This document shows positions 1 through 8,370 of a stretch of 13,603 bases of DNA, one piece after another. The DNA comes from Verrucomicrobiota bacterium (GTDB lineage: Bacteria; Verrucomicrobiota; Lentisphaeria; Lentisphaerales; Lentisphaeraceae). Location: NCBI GenBank assembly GCA_039798785.1, contig JBDKFG010000105.1, positions 1-13,603 of the forward strand, in the 5' to 3' direction. Numbering within the stretch: the first letter of the stretch is position 1; every line of letters begins with the position of its first letter. The position numbers and the translations under genes are program-made. The notes under the pieces were generated by a model. It was not told where the DNA came from. It was given only the letters and a program-made list of their open reading frames with translations, and ran no database searches.

Positions 1-96
1 GGTGAAAGCCGTCGCCAAGGCTCCGGTGAAAGCCGTCGCCAAGGCTCCGGTGAAAGCCGTCGCCAAGGCTCCGGTGAAAGCCGTCGCCAAGGCTCC
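1..96 (+). repeat. Perfect 24-bp coding tandem repeat, at least 4 copies (GGTGAAAGCCGTCGCCAAGGCTCC; VKAVAKAP)
   Basis: Identical units at 1, 25, 49 and 73. The array may continue left of the window. Confidence 0.95.
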
Positions 97-544
97 GGTC
101 AAGAAAATTTCGACACCTGCCAAAGCAGGGTCCAAAACAACTTCAGTTGCTTCGGCAACGAAGATGGAAGAACGAAGCAAACGAGTCCAATCCAAAGCAA
201 CCAACGGGAAGAATACCATGGCCACCAAAAAAACCGCCCCCAAAGCCGCTGCTAAGCCCGTCGACGCTGCCAAGCCCGCCGTCGCCGCCAAGCCCGCCGT
301 GAAAGCCGCCGCCCCCAAGGCTGCTGCCAAGCCCGCCGCCAAAGCCGCTGCCAAGCCCGCTGCCAAAGCCGCCGCCCCCAAGGCTGCCGCCAAGCCCGCC
401 GCCAAAGCCGCTGCCAAGCCCGCCGTGAAAGCCGCCGCCCCCAAGGCCGCCGCCAAGCCCGCCGCCAAAGCCGCTGCCAAGCCCGCCGTGAAAGCCGCCG
501 CCCCCAAGGCTGCCGCCAAGCCCGCCGCCAAAGCCAAGAAATAA
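2..544 (+). CDS. Histone H1-like (Hc2/AlgP-type) Lys/Ala/Pro-rich basic repeat protein, 5' truncated by the window
   Basis: Open frame from the window edge to TAA at 542-544. KAVAKAPV repeats are followed by AAKP/KAAAP repeats ending AKAKK. An in-frame ATG at 218 (MATKKTAPKAAAKP) is a possible alternative start. A terminator follows. Confidence 0.8.
   Translation: MKAVAKAPVKAVAKAPVKAVAKAPVKAVAKAPVKKISTPAKAGSKTTSVASATKMEERSKRVQSKATNGKNTMATKKTAPKAAAKPVDAAKPAVAAKPAVKAAAPKAAAKPAAKAAAKPAAKAAAPKAAAKPAAKAAAKPAVKAAAPKAAAKPAAKAAAKPAVKAAAPKAAAKPAAKAKK
290..535 (+). repeat. 63-bp coding tandem repeat, about 3.9 copies (KPAVKAAAPKAAAKPAAKAAA)
   Basis: Units start at 290, 353, 416 and 479 with few substitutions. 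Confidence 0.9.
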
Positions 545-567
545 TCCGGAACGGGTTCGGCTGCTTC

Positions 568-610
568 AAGAAGATCCGGGAGTCCTTCGGGACCCCGGTC
601 TCTTCTTTTT
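568..610 (+). terminator. Rho-independent terminator after the histone-like gene
   Basis: AAGAAGA-T-CCGGGAGTCC-TTCG-GGACCCCGG-TC-TCTTCTT hairpin with a C(UUCG)G tetraloop, followed by a T tract. Confidence 0.85.
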
Positions 611-647
611 GCGGCGCGAAGCCTTCCTCAGCCCCCTGCAAGATCCC

Positions 648-1130
648 ATGCCTGAGCTTCCCGACACCCCCGCGCTGCGATTCCTCCGCGAACGCCAGAT
701 CGACTTCATCGCTCATCGCTTTCCTTATGTCGACAAGGGCGGCACGGCCCATTCCTCGAAAGTCCTCGGCATCCCCGAATACGAGGTGATCAAGACCTTG
801 GTGATGCAGGACGACGCGGGGCACCCCCTGGTCATCCTAATGCATGGTGATCAGAGCGTCGACACCAAGGTTCTCGCCCGCCAGCTCGGGCGCCGCAGCA
901 TCAAGCCTTGCGATCCCGACCGGGCGCAACAGCTGACCGGCTATCAGGTCGGCGGCACCAGTCCCTTCGGACTCGCCAATCCCCTGGCGATCTGCGTCGA
1001 AGACAGCATACTCTCCCTTTCGCGCCTGCTGATCAACGGCGGCCAGCGCGGCTTCCTCGTCGAGATCTCCCCCGAAGATCTCAGTAAGAGTCTGCATCCC
1101 CTGCCAGTCTCCTGCGGTAAAGCGAAATAG
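648..1130 (+). CDS. ybaK: YbaK/EbsC family aminoacyl-tRNA deacylase (Cys-tRNA(Pro) deacylase-like)
   Basis: TPA...L N-terminus, VIKTLV catalytic Lys motif, TGYQVGGTSPFG and INGGQRGFLVEI. ATG 648 is preferred because TTG 609 overlaps the terminator. Confidence 0.88.
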   Translation: MPELPDTPALRFLRERQIDFIAHRFPYVDKGGTAHSSKVLGIPEYEVIKTLVMQDDAGHPLVILMHGDQSVDTKVLARQLGRRSIKPCDPDRAQQLTGYQVGGTSPFGLANPLAICVEDSILSLSRLLINGGQRGFLVEISPEDLSKSLHPLPVSCGKAK

Positions 1131-1260
1131 CGCTTGTATGAGGTTTAAGGGGGTAGATGGACGAAACTAATCTATTACCTGTTCTTATCACTTTTTAAGC
1201 TCAAATCCTGCATGCATAATACTCATGAAAACCTCAAAAACCTTACAAATCTAGCCCACT

Positions 1261-3165
1261 ATGTCTGACTATTCATTCACTTCCAGCGGCACCCTTTTTT
1301 CGGCTCGATATGACGATGTTTATTTCATGGACGGTCATGGTTTGGAGGAGACGGAATATGTCTTTTTGGCGCCCAACCGGGTGAGGCAGAGACTGGCGCT
1401 CGGCGAGTCATTGCGGGTGGGTGAGACAGGCTTTGGCACAGGCTTGAATTTCCTGGCTTTGTGGCGGGCTTGGAAGGAGGGAGGCGGGCGAGGGGAAATC
1501 CTCTTTGTCAGCACCGAAAAGCATCTGCTTGACCGCGCCACCCTGGAGCGTGCGCTGGCGCCTTGGCCTCAGCTTCGCGCCGAGGCGCAGGAGCTGATCA
1601 CGGCATGGCCGCCAGCCTTTCCAGGTCAGCATCTTCTCGACTTCGAGAATGGCCGCGTCCGTCTGCTGCTGCTGCTCGGAGATGCCACCACGTCGCTGAG
1701 CCGATGCGAGGTGCCGATCGACGCCTGGTTTCTGGATGGCTTCGCGCCTTCGAAGAATCCTGATCTCTGGTCTGAGGCCTTGTTCGCGCAGCTGGCCCGG
1801 CTGTCCGTGCCAGGGGCGACGCTGGGAACCTACACTGCCGCCGGGCCGGTGCGTCGCGGCCTTGCCGCGGCGGGATTCGAAGTGGTCAAGAGCAAGGGCT
1901 TTGCGCACAAGCGTCACCGCGTCACGGCGGTCTTCCGAGGTCCGTCCCCGGATTTATTGCGGAGCTTGCCGAGCTGGGCGGCGTATCCGCCTTTGCAGCC
2001 GCCCCGGCGGGTTGCGGTCATTGGCGCCGGCATCGCCGGATGCAGCGCCGCCTGGGCCTTCGGCCGGCGCGGCTGTGCTGTCACCGTCTTCGATCCTGCG
2101 GGCATCGCCGCGGCGGCCTCCGGGAATCCCCGCGGCATGCTGGCGCCGCAGCTCACCCGGCAGGGCAGTGCGCAGGATTCGCTCAGCGGCATCGGGGCTC
2201 TATTCACCTTGCGACTTGCCCGGCAGCTGGGTCTCCGGGTCGATCTCGGTCTGATCGAAATCGCCGAGGACGCGGCCGACGCGGAGCGCCAGCACTCCGC
2301 GTCCGGGCGGCTTGGCGGCGGTCATTGCGAGAGCCGCGAGCTGCCGGCGCCGTGGAGGGCCGAGCATGGCGCTGCCTTCTTGCCTTGGGCCGCAGCGCTG
2401 CGGCCTCCGGTGCTCTGCCAGGCGCTTTTCGAGAGCTCCGGAGCTCTCTTGGCGAGGGAGCGGGTCGAGTCTCTCGAGGAGGCTGGCGGACCTTGGGTCC
2501 TGCGCGGGGAAGCGGCGAAGGAGCTGGGCGACTTCGACGCGGTGATCGTCTGTGCCGCACTCGATGCGGCCGCCTTTCTTCCCGACTTCGCCTCCTGGCT
2601 GCGGCCGGTGCGCGGGCAGATCTGTCTCGTCCCGGCGTCGGTCCTGCCCCCCCTGCCCGCCGCCGGGATCAATTTCGGCGAGTACCTGGTTCCATGCGAA
2701 GAGGGGGATTCGATGGTCCTGGGCGCCAGTTTCAAGATGGGCGATCGCAGCGTCGAATTCCGTCCTGAGGAGTCGGCAGCTCTTCTGTCCTCTCTGCAGC
2801 GGATCCTGCCCGGAAGCGATTTCGGCGGTCTTGATCCGGCCTCATTGCCGGCGCGTGTCGCGCTGCGCTGCGCCAGTCCCGACCAGATTCCCTGGATCGG
2901 CCCGGTGCCGGAGGTCGCGTCCTTCCGCCGCGACTACGCGTCACTCCGCCAGAACGCCCGACGCCAGGATCTGCCGCCACCGCAGATGCGTCCCGGGCTG
3001 TGGCTCAGCCTCGCCCATGGCTCCCGCGGTCTCGCCACCGCGCCGCTGGCCGCCGCCGAGATCGCCTCTCTCGCCTGTGATGGATTCAGTCTGATGTCCG
3101 AAGATCTTCGCGCCGCGGTCCATCCTTGTCGCCTCCTGGCCCGGGCGATCAAACGGGGCGGCTGA
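1261..3165 (+). CDS. mnmC: Bifunctional tRNA mnm5s2U34 methyltransferase / FAD-dependent cmnm5s2U34 oxidoreductase MnmC
   Basis: Methyltransferase motifs YDDVYF..GLEETEYVF, ETGFGTGLNFL and DAWFLDGFAPSKNPDLWS. Oxidase motifs VIGAGIAG, ASGN, VRGQ and HGSRGL. Confidence 0.95.
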   Translation: MSDYSFTSSGTLFSARYDDVYFMDGHGLEETEYVFLAPNRVRQRLALGESLRVGETGFGTGLNFLALWRAWKEGGGRGEILFVSTEKHLLDRATLERALAPWPQLRAEAQELITAWPPAFPGQHLLDFENGRVRLLLLLGDATTSLSRCEVPIDAWFLDGFAPSKNPDLWSEALFAQLARLSVPGATLGTYTAAGPVRRGLAAAGFEVVKSKGFAHKRHRVTAVFRGPSPDLLRSLPSWAAYPPLQPPRRVAVIGAGIAGCSAAWAFGRRGCAVTVFDPAGIAAAASGNPRGMLAPQLTRQGSAQDSLSGIGALFTLRLARQLGLRVDLGLIEIAEDAADAERQHSASGRLGGGHCESRELPAPWRAEHGAAFLPWAAALRPPVLCQALFESSGALLARERVESLEEAGGPWVLRGEAAKELGDFDAVIVCAALDAAAFLPDFASWLRPVRGQICLVPASVLPPLPAAGINFGEYLVPCEEGDSMVLGASFKMGDRSVEFRPEESAALLSSLQRILPGSDFGGLDPASLPARVALRCASPDQIPWIGPVPEVASFRRDYASLRQNARRQDLPPPQMRPGLWLSLAHGSRGLATAPLAAAEIASLACDGFSLMSEDLRAAVHPCRLLARAIKRGG

Positions 3166-3173
3166 TTTCCGTG

Positions 3174-3207
3174 AAAATAGAGGCCGAGGAGAAGTTCCTC
3201 GGCCTCT
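3174..3207 (-). terminator. Hairpin between convergent mnmC and tRNA-Val; probable terminator
   Basis: Perfect 12-bp stem AGAGGCCGAGGA (3179-3190) / TCCTCGGCCTCT (3196-3207), followed by ATTTT on the minus strand. Confidence 0.7.
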
Positions 3208-3215
3208 GAGAAGGG

Positions 3216-3292
<77 letters not shown>

Positions 3293-3337
3293 TTCAGCTG
3301 CCTTGGCGAGAATTCCTGAAGATTTCCTGGCGTCTGC

Positions 3338-3874
3338 TCAGCGCTCTTTGCCGTTGGGCTTGACGGTGTAGGTCTTGCCTTCGTCTTTGCTGAACAGGCT
3401 GATGGTGAAATAGATGTCTTCGGTGGGGGGATTGGGATCGCGGGCGGCGCCGGCGGCTTCGATGGCGTCGAGGACGGGTAGGCCTTCGACGATTTTGCCG
3501 AAGACGGTGTAGCCGCCGTTGAGGAAGGAGGCTTCTTTGAAGCACATGAAGAACTGCGAGCCGTTGGTGTTCGGGCCGGCGTTGGCCATGGAGAGGATGC
3601 CGCGGGCGTCGTGTTTGCCGCTGGCGTTCTCGTTGTCGATGCAATAGCCCGGGCCGCCGGTGCCGGCGCGGCCGGAAGTGGCGCCTTTCTTAGCGTGCGG
3701 GCAGCCGCCCTGGGCCATGAAGCCCTTGAGGATGCGGTGGAACTTGATGTCGGTGTAGAAGCCCTTCTCGGCGAGCGAGATCATGTTGGCGACGGTGTTC
3801 GGCGCCTGGTCTTCGTAGAGCTCGGCGATCATGTCGCCTTTGGTGGTGCTGATCTTGACGCGTGGGTTGGCCAT
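3338..3874 (-). CDS. Cyclophilin-type peptidyl-prolyl cis-trans isomerase
   Basis: TTKGDM..ELY...AP.TV.N, FHRILKGFMAQGG, GTGGPGY, GILSMANAGPNTNGSQFF and YTVFGKIVEG. ATG 3874 has AAGGA upstream. Confidence 0.95.
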   Translation of the reverse strand: MANPRVKISTTKGDMIAELYEDQAPNTVANMISLAEKGFYTDIKFHRILKGFMAQGGCPHAKKGATSGRAGTGGPGYCIDNENASGKHDARGILSMANAGPNTNGSQFFMCFKEASFLNGGYTVFGKIVEGLPVLDAIEAAGAARDPNPPTEDIYFTISLFSKDEGKTYTVKPNGKER

Positions 3875-3908
3875 GGGGGGTCCTTGGGGTTTTCGGGTTG
3901 GCGCGCGG

Positions 3909-3937
3909 AAACTAACACCGGATGCGGCGAACGGCAC
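3909..3937 (-). promoter_or_regulatory. Possible sigma70 promoter for the cyclophilin gene
   Basis: GTGCCG-17 bp-TAGTTT with a TGn extension. Pattern match only. Confidence 0.3.
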
Positions 3938-3954
3938 GGGGGAGCGAACATTAT

Positions 3955-4027
3955 TCACCACAGAGGCACAGAGGACACAGAGAAGTTTTTGTTTTCTCAC
4001 TCTGTGATCTCTGTGCCTCTGTGGTGA
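3955..4027. repeat. Long palindrome built from CACAGAG units (HRGTE/LCASVV-type intergenic repeat)
   Basis: Perfect 19-bp arms 3955-3973 / 4009-4027, plus inner CACAGAG (3976-3982) / CTCTGTG (4000-4006) around a T-rich loop. Confidence 0.85.
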
Positions 4028-4037
4028 GAACTTTGTT

Positions 4038-4889
4038 TCAGCTGAACACGACCGTGCGTTTGCGCCAGGCGAGGACGCGGTGCTCGAGGTGGGCGGCGAT
4101 GGCGCGGGCGAGGACGATCTTTTCGACGTCCTTGCCGAGGCGGACCAGTTCTTCCACGGTTTCGCGGTGGCTGACGCGGGCGACATCCTGTTCGATGATC
4201 GGGCCTTCGTCGAGCTCTTCGGTGACGTAGTGGGCGGTGGCGCCGATGATCTTGACGCCGCGCGAGTGGGCGGCGTGGTAGGGCTTGGCGCCGGCGAAGG
4301 CGGGGAGGAAGGAGTGATGGATGTTGATCACCTTTTCGCGCCAGCGCTCGATGATCCAGGGGCTGAGCACCTGCATGTAGCGGGCGAGGACGATGAGATT
4401 GACCCCGGCGGCGCGGAGCAGGGCGTCCTGCTTTTCCTCGGCGGCCTGCTTGGTGTCGCTGGTCACCGGGATGTAATGGAAGGGCAAACCATAGCGTTCG
4501 GCGGCGAGGCGGAGGTCTTCGCGGTTGGAGATGACCAGCGGCACCTGGGCCTGCCATTCGCCGGACTCGATCCGGCCCATGATGTCGAAGAAGCAATGGG
4601 ATTCGCGGGTGACGAAGAGAGCGAGCTTGGCCGGGGTGCCGGTGAGGCGCAGTTCCCAATCCATCTGCATGTGTTCGGCGAGGTGGCGGAAGGCATCATG
4701 GATCGCCTCGCGCGGCAGGAGGAAATTGTCGAGGCTCCATTCGAGGCGCATGAAGAACCAGCCCTGAGCCGGATCGACATGCTGCTCGAGGTCGAGAATG
4801 TTGCCGCCGTGCGACAGGACAAAACCGGTGACGGCGTGGACGATGCCGGTGCGGTCGGGGCAGGAGATCAGCAGAACTGCGGTGGCCAT
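4038..4889 (-). CDS. purU: Formyltetrahydrofolate deformylase
   Basis: ACT domain (ISCPDRTGIVHAVT, FFMR), LARYMQVLS, INIHHSFLPAFAGAKPYH, GVKIIGATAHYVTEELDEGPIIEQ, and the C-terminus KRTVVF. GAGGA RBS. Confidence 0.97.
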   Translation of the reverse strand: MATAVLLISCPDRTGIVHAVTGFVLSHGGNILDLEQHVDPAQGWFFMRLEWSLDNFLLPREAIHDAFRHLAEHMQMDWELRLTGTPAKLALFVTRESHCFFDIMGRIESGEWQAQVPLVISNREDLRLAAERYGLPFHYIPVTSDTKQAAEEKQDALLRAAGVNLIVLARYMQVLSPWIIERWREKVINIHHSFLPAFAGAKPYHAAHSRGVKIIGATAHYVTEELDEGPIIEQDVARVSHRETVEELVRLGKDVEKIVLARAIAAHLEHRVLAWRKRTVVFS

Positions 4890-4916
4890 GAAAATTCCTC
4901 GGGGTTGACCGGATTC

Positions 4917-4946
4917 ATTCTACTTGCGGCAGGGCAAAAAGAGCAA
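4917..4946 (-). promoter_or_regulatory. Probable sigma70 promoter for purU
   Basis: TTGCTC-18 bp-TAGAAT, with the -10 box ending 27 nt upstream of the purU ATG. Confidence 0.45.
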
Positions 4947-4994
4947 GGGGGATGACAGGATGTCCCGCGGAATTCCCGTCGGCTTCTCCCGTCC

Positions 4995-6917
4995 TCACCG
5001 GATGAGGGAATCGAGCAAGCGGCGGCCGATCCAGCCGAGGAGGGAGAAGCGGTCCTGGTAGAGGACGACGCCGCTGCTGCCGGCGGGCAGGGGCAGGGAG
5101 GCGGGGACGGAGCAGAGGACCTGCGGGCTGGCGCAGATGCCGCCGGAGGAGCTGAGAGGGCCGCCGGCCTCGCTGAGCAGCGGGTGGCCGGGGAGGGGGG
5201 AGGGGAAGCCGCGGCTTTCGATCCGGCCCGGGAGCGGGAATTCCGCCGCCGTGCTGGCGGCGAGGGCGAAGCGCGGCGCCGTCTCGGCGAGGAGCTTTTC
5301 GGCGTGTTCCGCCGGCACCAGGATGTCGAACCCCAGGGCGCCGCCGTGGATCTCCGCCAGCGCCGTGTTGGCGCGGCAGTGCTGCCGCGGCTCGCGCCAG
5401 AAAAGGCGTCCGGCGGCGGCGGCGCGCAGCTCGCCGTTCTTCAGGCCCTGGCGCAGCTGCGCCAGCCCTTGCCGGCTCTCCTCCAGGCGGGCCTGCCAGA
5501 CCCCGCGCAGGGCCGGGACGAGGCGGTTCTCGGCGCAGCGCTGCTCCGCCTCGGCCTCCTGGCGCAGCAGGCGCTGCTCCTCCTCGAGCAGCGTCCAGGA
5601 GCGGAGGCAGGCGACGAGCTGGCCGGGGACGACGCTGCCGCCCTCGGCGACGAGCCGTTCGATCTCGCCTTCGAAGGGGGCGTGGAGGATCTGGGAATCG
5701 CGGTTTTGCAGGACGGCCGGAGCGGCGCGGGTGATGCTCCAGGGCCAGGCGGCGAGGAAGAGAAGCAGGGCGGCGAGGCTGAGCGAGGGCAGCCAGGCGC
5801 GTCCGCCCACGCGCGAGCGCAGCTTCCAGGTGCCGGCGGCGGCGCGTCCGAGAGGCAGCAGGATGAAGAGGCAGACCTCGAGGAAGGCGAGGGCGTAGGC
5901 GAGGGGCTTGAAGCCGAAGGCGAAGAGGGCGAGGACGATCGAGGTGTAGAGGAAGAGGCGGTAGAGCCAGGCGAGCAGGCCGTAAATCGCCAGGGCGGGG
6001 CGGGCGGGGGCGGCGGCGGGCAGGCCGAGGAATAGCGACTGGAAACGCGCCTTGAGCTCTTGCGATGCGGTCTCCTGCAGGTTCGGGCGTCCCCACAAGG
6101 CGGAGAGGACGTGGTAGCCGTCGAAGCGCATGAAGATGTTGCCGTTGAAGAAGAGCGAGTTCAGGGTGGTGACCAGGAAGAGGGCGCGGGCAAGGCGGAA
6201 GGCTTCGGAATCGACCGGGCTGTGCACCATCACCCAGGCGCAGAGTCCGGAGAGGAAGAGCTCCCAGAGGACGCCGGCGGCGGCGAGGGCGGCGCGCTGC
6301 CGCGGCGGCAGGCGCCAGGCGTCGGAGCAGTCGGTGTAGAAGCGCGGCACGAAGAAGAGGAAGGCGATGCCGAAGGCGCGCACCGGCAGGCCGTAGCGGG
6401 TGGCGACGGCGGCGTGGGCGAGCTCGTGGCTGATCTTGGCGGCGAAGAGCAGGATGAGGAAGAGCGGCAGTTCGGCGATCTGGTAGTCGAAGGCGAAGAG
6501 GGCCTCGGCGCGGGGCAGGAGGGCGATCCAGCCGGCGACGACGAAGAGGGCGCCGACAAGGAGGACCGGGACGGAGGTCGCCATCTGGCAGAGCGGCCGC
6601 AGCGTCCCCAGGGCCTGGCCGGGACGGATCAGCGGCAGGCGCAAAAACAGCGGCAGGGCGAGGGCCTTCATTGCCGCGGCGCTCCAGCCCGCGGGCGGCG
6701 CCTGCTGCCGCAGGAGGCCGAGCCCGAGCAGCTTCTGGTAGAGCGGCATCTCGTTCATGCCGAGCGAGCTCGAGCCTGATGCGAGCCGCCGCAGCAGATC
6801 CACCTCGGCCTCGGGCAGGAGGAAATATTCGTCCTGGTCGGGATCGTGGACCAGCCAGTGGTAGACGCCGTCGACGAAGCCGTGACGGCTGAGCGACAGA
6901 TGTTCCTTGGCGATCAT
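4995..6917 (-). CDS. M50/site-2-protease-like membrane metalloprotease fused to a C-terminal HlyD-type membrane-fusion module
   Basis: Soluble N-terminus (DG.YHWLVHDPDQDEYFLL), several TM helices, HELAH (6414-6428), FYTD.SDAW and FNGNIFMRFDGYHVLS. The C-terminus has lipoyl-like LHAPFEGEIERL.AEGGSVVPGQLV, a coiled hairpin and ELRAAAAG. ATG 6917 is preferred over TTG 6965. Confidence 0.82.
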   Translation of the reverse strand: MIAKEHLSLSRHGFVDGVYHWLVHDPDQDEYFLLPEAEVDLLRRLASGSSSLGMNEMPLYQKLLGLGLLRQQAPPAGWSAAAMKALALPLFLRLPLIRPGQALGTLRPLCQMATSVPVLLVGALFVVAGWIALLPRAEALFAFDYQIAELPLFLILLFAAKISHELAHAAVATRYGLPVRAFGIAFLFFVPRFYTDCSDAWRLPPRQRAALAAAGVLWELFLSGLCAWVMVHSPVDSEAFRLARALFLVTTLNSLFFNGNIFMRFDGYHVLSALWGRPNLQETASQELKARFQSLFLGLPAAAPARPALAIYGLLAWLYRLFLYTSIVLALFAFGFKPLAYALAFLEVCLFILLPLGRAAAGTWKLRSRVGGRAWLPSLSLAALLLFLAAWPWSITRAAPAVLQNRDSQILHAPFEGEIERLVAEGGSVVPGQLVACLRSWTLLEEEQRLLRQEAEAEQRCAENRLVPALRGVWQARLEESRQGLAQLRQGLKNGELRAAAAGRLFWREPRQHCRANTALAEIHGGALGFDILVPAEHAEKLLAETAPRFALAASTAAEFPLPGRIESRGFPSPLPGHPLLSEAGGPLSSSGGICASPQVLCSVPASLPLPAGSSGVVLYQDRFSLLGWIGRRLLDSLIR

Positions 6918-6967
6918 CGGGGAAGGGTGGAAGGGGTTGTAGGGGTTGTAGGGGGCGAGCCGCAAGA

Positions 6968-7052
6968 CCTGGGAGCGCCGGCTGCCAGCCGGTTGTTGCT
7001 CTGCGCTCGTCGCGAAGCGACGGTGTCCCTGGGAGCCCCGGCGTCCCGCCGG
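6968..7052 (+). repeat. Two direct REP-like copies (CCTGGGAGC + 6-bp stem hairpin), 60-bp period
   Basis: 6968-6992 CCTGGGAGCGCCGGCTGCCAGCCGG and 7028-7052 CCTGGGAGCCCCGGCGTCCCGCCGG. Confidence 0.75.
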
Positions 7053-7093
7053 GTGTGTTGCACTTCCTGCTGAACTGTCTTCATGGGTTCAGC

Positions 7094-8275
7094 TCATCGC
7101 CGCAGGTACTTGCGCAGGAAGCGCCAGGTGTAGAGGGCGAGGGGCAGGCGTTCACCCTCGACGAGGACGCTGCCGGAGTGGCCTTCGGGGAGCTTCAGTT
7201 CGGAGAAATACTGGAAGGCCCAGCCGGAGCGGTGGGGACGGGCGGCATTCTGGTGCAATTGCGCCTCCCGCAAGACGGAGCCCTCCTCGGGCTTGAGGTG
7301 GGGGAAGTAGCTGAGTTCGCGGCGGCGCGCCATGATGTCGGCATCGGCGAGAGGGACGAAGAAGGCGAGGCGGCACTCGGGCGATTTCAGGATCGCCAAG
7401 TCCTCGCCCGCCTGCAGGGTGCGGCCGCGGCCGAGCTGGTCGGGATCAAAGTCGATGACTCCTTCCGAGGGCGCCCGGATCTCGAGTCCCTGGCGGCGTC
7501 GCTGCAGAAGCTTCAGCTCGGCTTCGAGGCAGCGGGCCTGGGCGGCGCTGATCTGGCGTTCCGCGAGCTGCTTGGCGTCGGCGAAGGACAGCTTCTCCAA
7601 GGCGCGCAGCTTCTCCTGGCAGGTGGCGAGCTCGAGGCTCTTGAGCTGGATGCGTTCGTCGAAGTCGCGCGGGTCGAGGCGCAGGACGAGCTGGCCCGCT
7701 TGCAGCTTGTCGCCGCGGCGGACGAGGACTTCGAGGACCGGCGCTGTCTCGGGGGCGGCGAGGACGAGGCGGCTGAGCGGGAGGGATTCCGCTTCGACCC
7801 GCACCGCCTCGGTCACCGGCCAGAAGAGCAGAAGGGCGCTCAGGAGGGTGACGCCGAGGCCGATCCAGAGAGGCCGCAGGCGGCGCGGCGAGCGCAAACG
7901 CACGTGGTCGAGCGACAGCGCCAAAAAGGGCTGGCAGATGCGGGCGTGCAGCGCGGTCTTGCGGGCCTCCTCGGGACCCAGGCGCAGGAAGAGCTGGTGA
8001 TCGGCGATCTGGAGGAGCAGCGACTGATCTTCCAGGGAATAGGCGACGCCGGATTGCAGTTCCTTCGGGACAAAGCTGGCGGCGGCGGGGCTGCCTTCCT
8101 GGAAGAGCGCGGTTTCGCCGCGGCGCAGGAGCAAGGAAGTGCCCGCCGGCGCCTGCAGCAGGTCGAGGGCGTTGTAGCGCAAAAATGCGGCCCAGTCGGC
8201 CTCGGAGCTGACCGCAAAGGCCTGGACGAGGATCTCGAGGAAGTGTTTGCGCGGGGCTTGGGTGGGAGGATTCAC
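7094..8275 (-). CDS. HlyD-family membrane-fusion protein with an N-terminal cytoplasmic domain and one TM anchor
   Basis: TM segment LWIGLGVTLLSALLLFWP, then LAAP..APVLEVLVRRGDKLQAGQLVLRLD, an alpha-helical hairpin and EIRAPSEGVI. The GTG start is uncertain. Confidence 0.82.
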   Translation of the reverse strand: MNPPTQAPRKHFLEILVQAFAVSSEADWAAFLRYNALDLLQAPAGTSLLLRRGETALFQEGSPAAASFVPKELQSGVAYSLEDQSLLLQIADHQLFLRLGPEEARKTALHARICQPFLALSLDHVRLRSPRRLRPLWIGLGVTLLSALLLFWPVTEAVRVEAESLPLSRLVLAAPETAPVLEVLVRRGDKLQAGQLVLRLDPRDFDERIQLKSLELATCQEKLRALEKLSFADAKQLAERQISAAQARCLEAELKLLQRRRQGLEIRAPSEGVIDFDPDQLGRGRTLQAGEDLAILKSPECRLAFFVPLADADIMARRRELSYFPHLKPEEGSVLREAQLHQNAARPHRSGWAFQYFSELKLPEGHSGSVLVEGERLPLALYTWRFLRKYLRR

Positions 8276-8305
8276 AGGGGAGCCGAGGGTGAGGATTTCG
8301 CAGGA

Positions 8306-8354
8306 TGTGGCTCGACCGTCTCGGTCGAGAAAGGAGCGCGGGCGTCGCGCTCGT
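8306..8354 (+). repeat. Two REP-like hairpins (GTGG- and GGAG-headed)
   Basis: TGTGGC-TCGACC-GTCTC-GGTCGA and GGAGC-GCGGGC-GTCGC-GCTCGT, the same architecture as the copies at 6968 and 7028. Confidence 0.55.
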
Positions 8355-8370
8355 GGAAGCGACAGGAGGG

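Noticed and set aside
3875..4186. 104-aa N-terminal extension of the cyclophilin in the ORF track
   Set aside because: It overlaps purU and runs through the CACAGAG palindrome. ATG 3874 has an RBS and matches the family start.
4995..6917. RiPP/bacteriocin cluster reading of the M50 protease (YydH-like)
   Set aside because: No precursor peptide or modifying enzyme in the window. The linked cargo candidate is a giant adhesin.
6968..7052. 25-bp repeat with a 35-bp spacer resembling a mini-CRISPR
   Set aside because: Only two diverged copies, no cas genes or leader, and the same motif appears inverted at 9487-9554, which fits REP behaviour.
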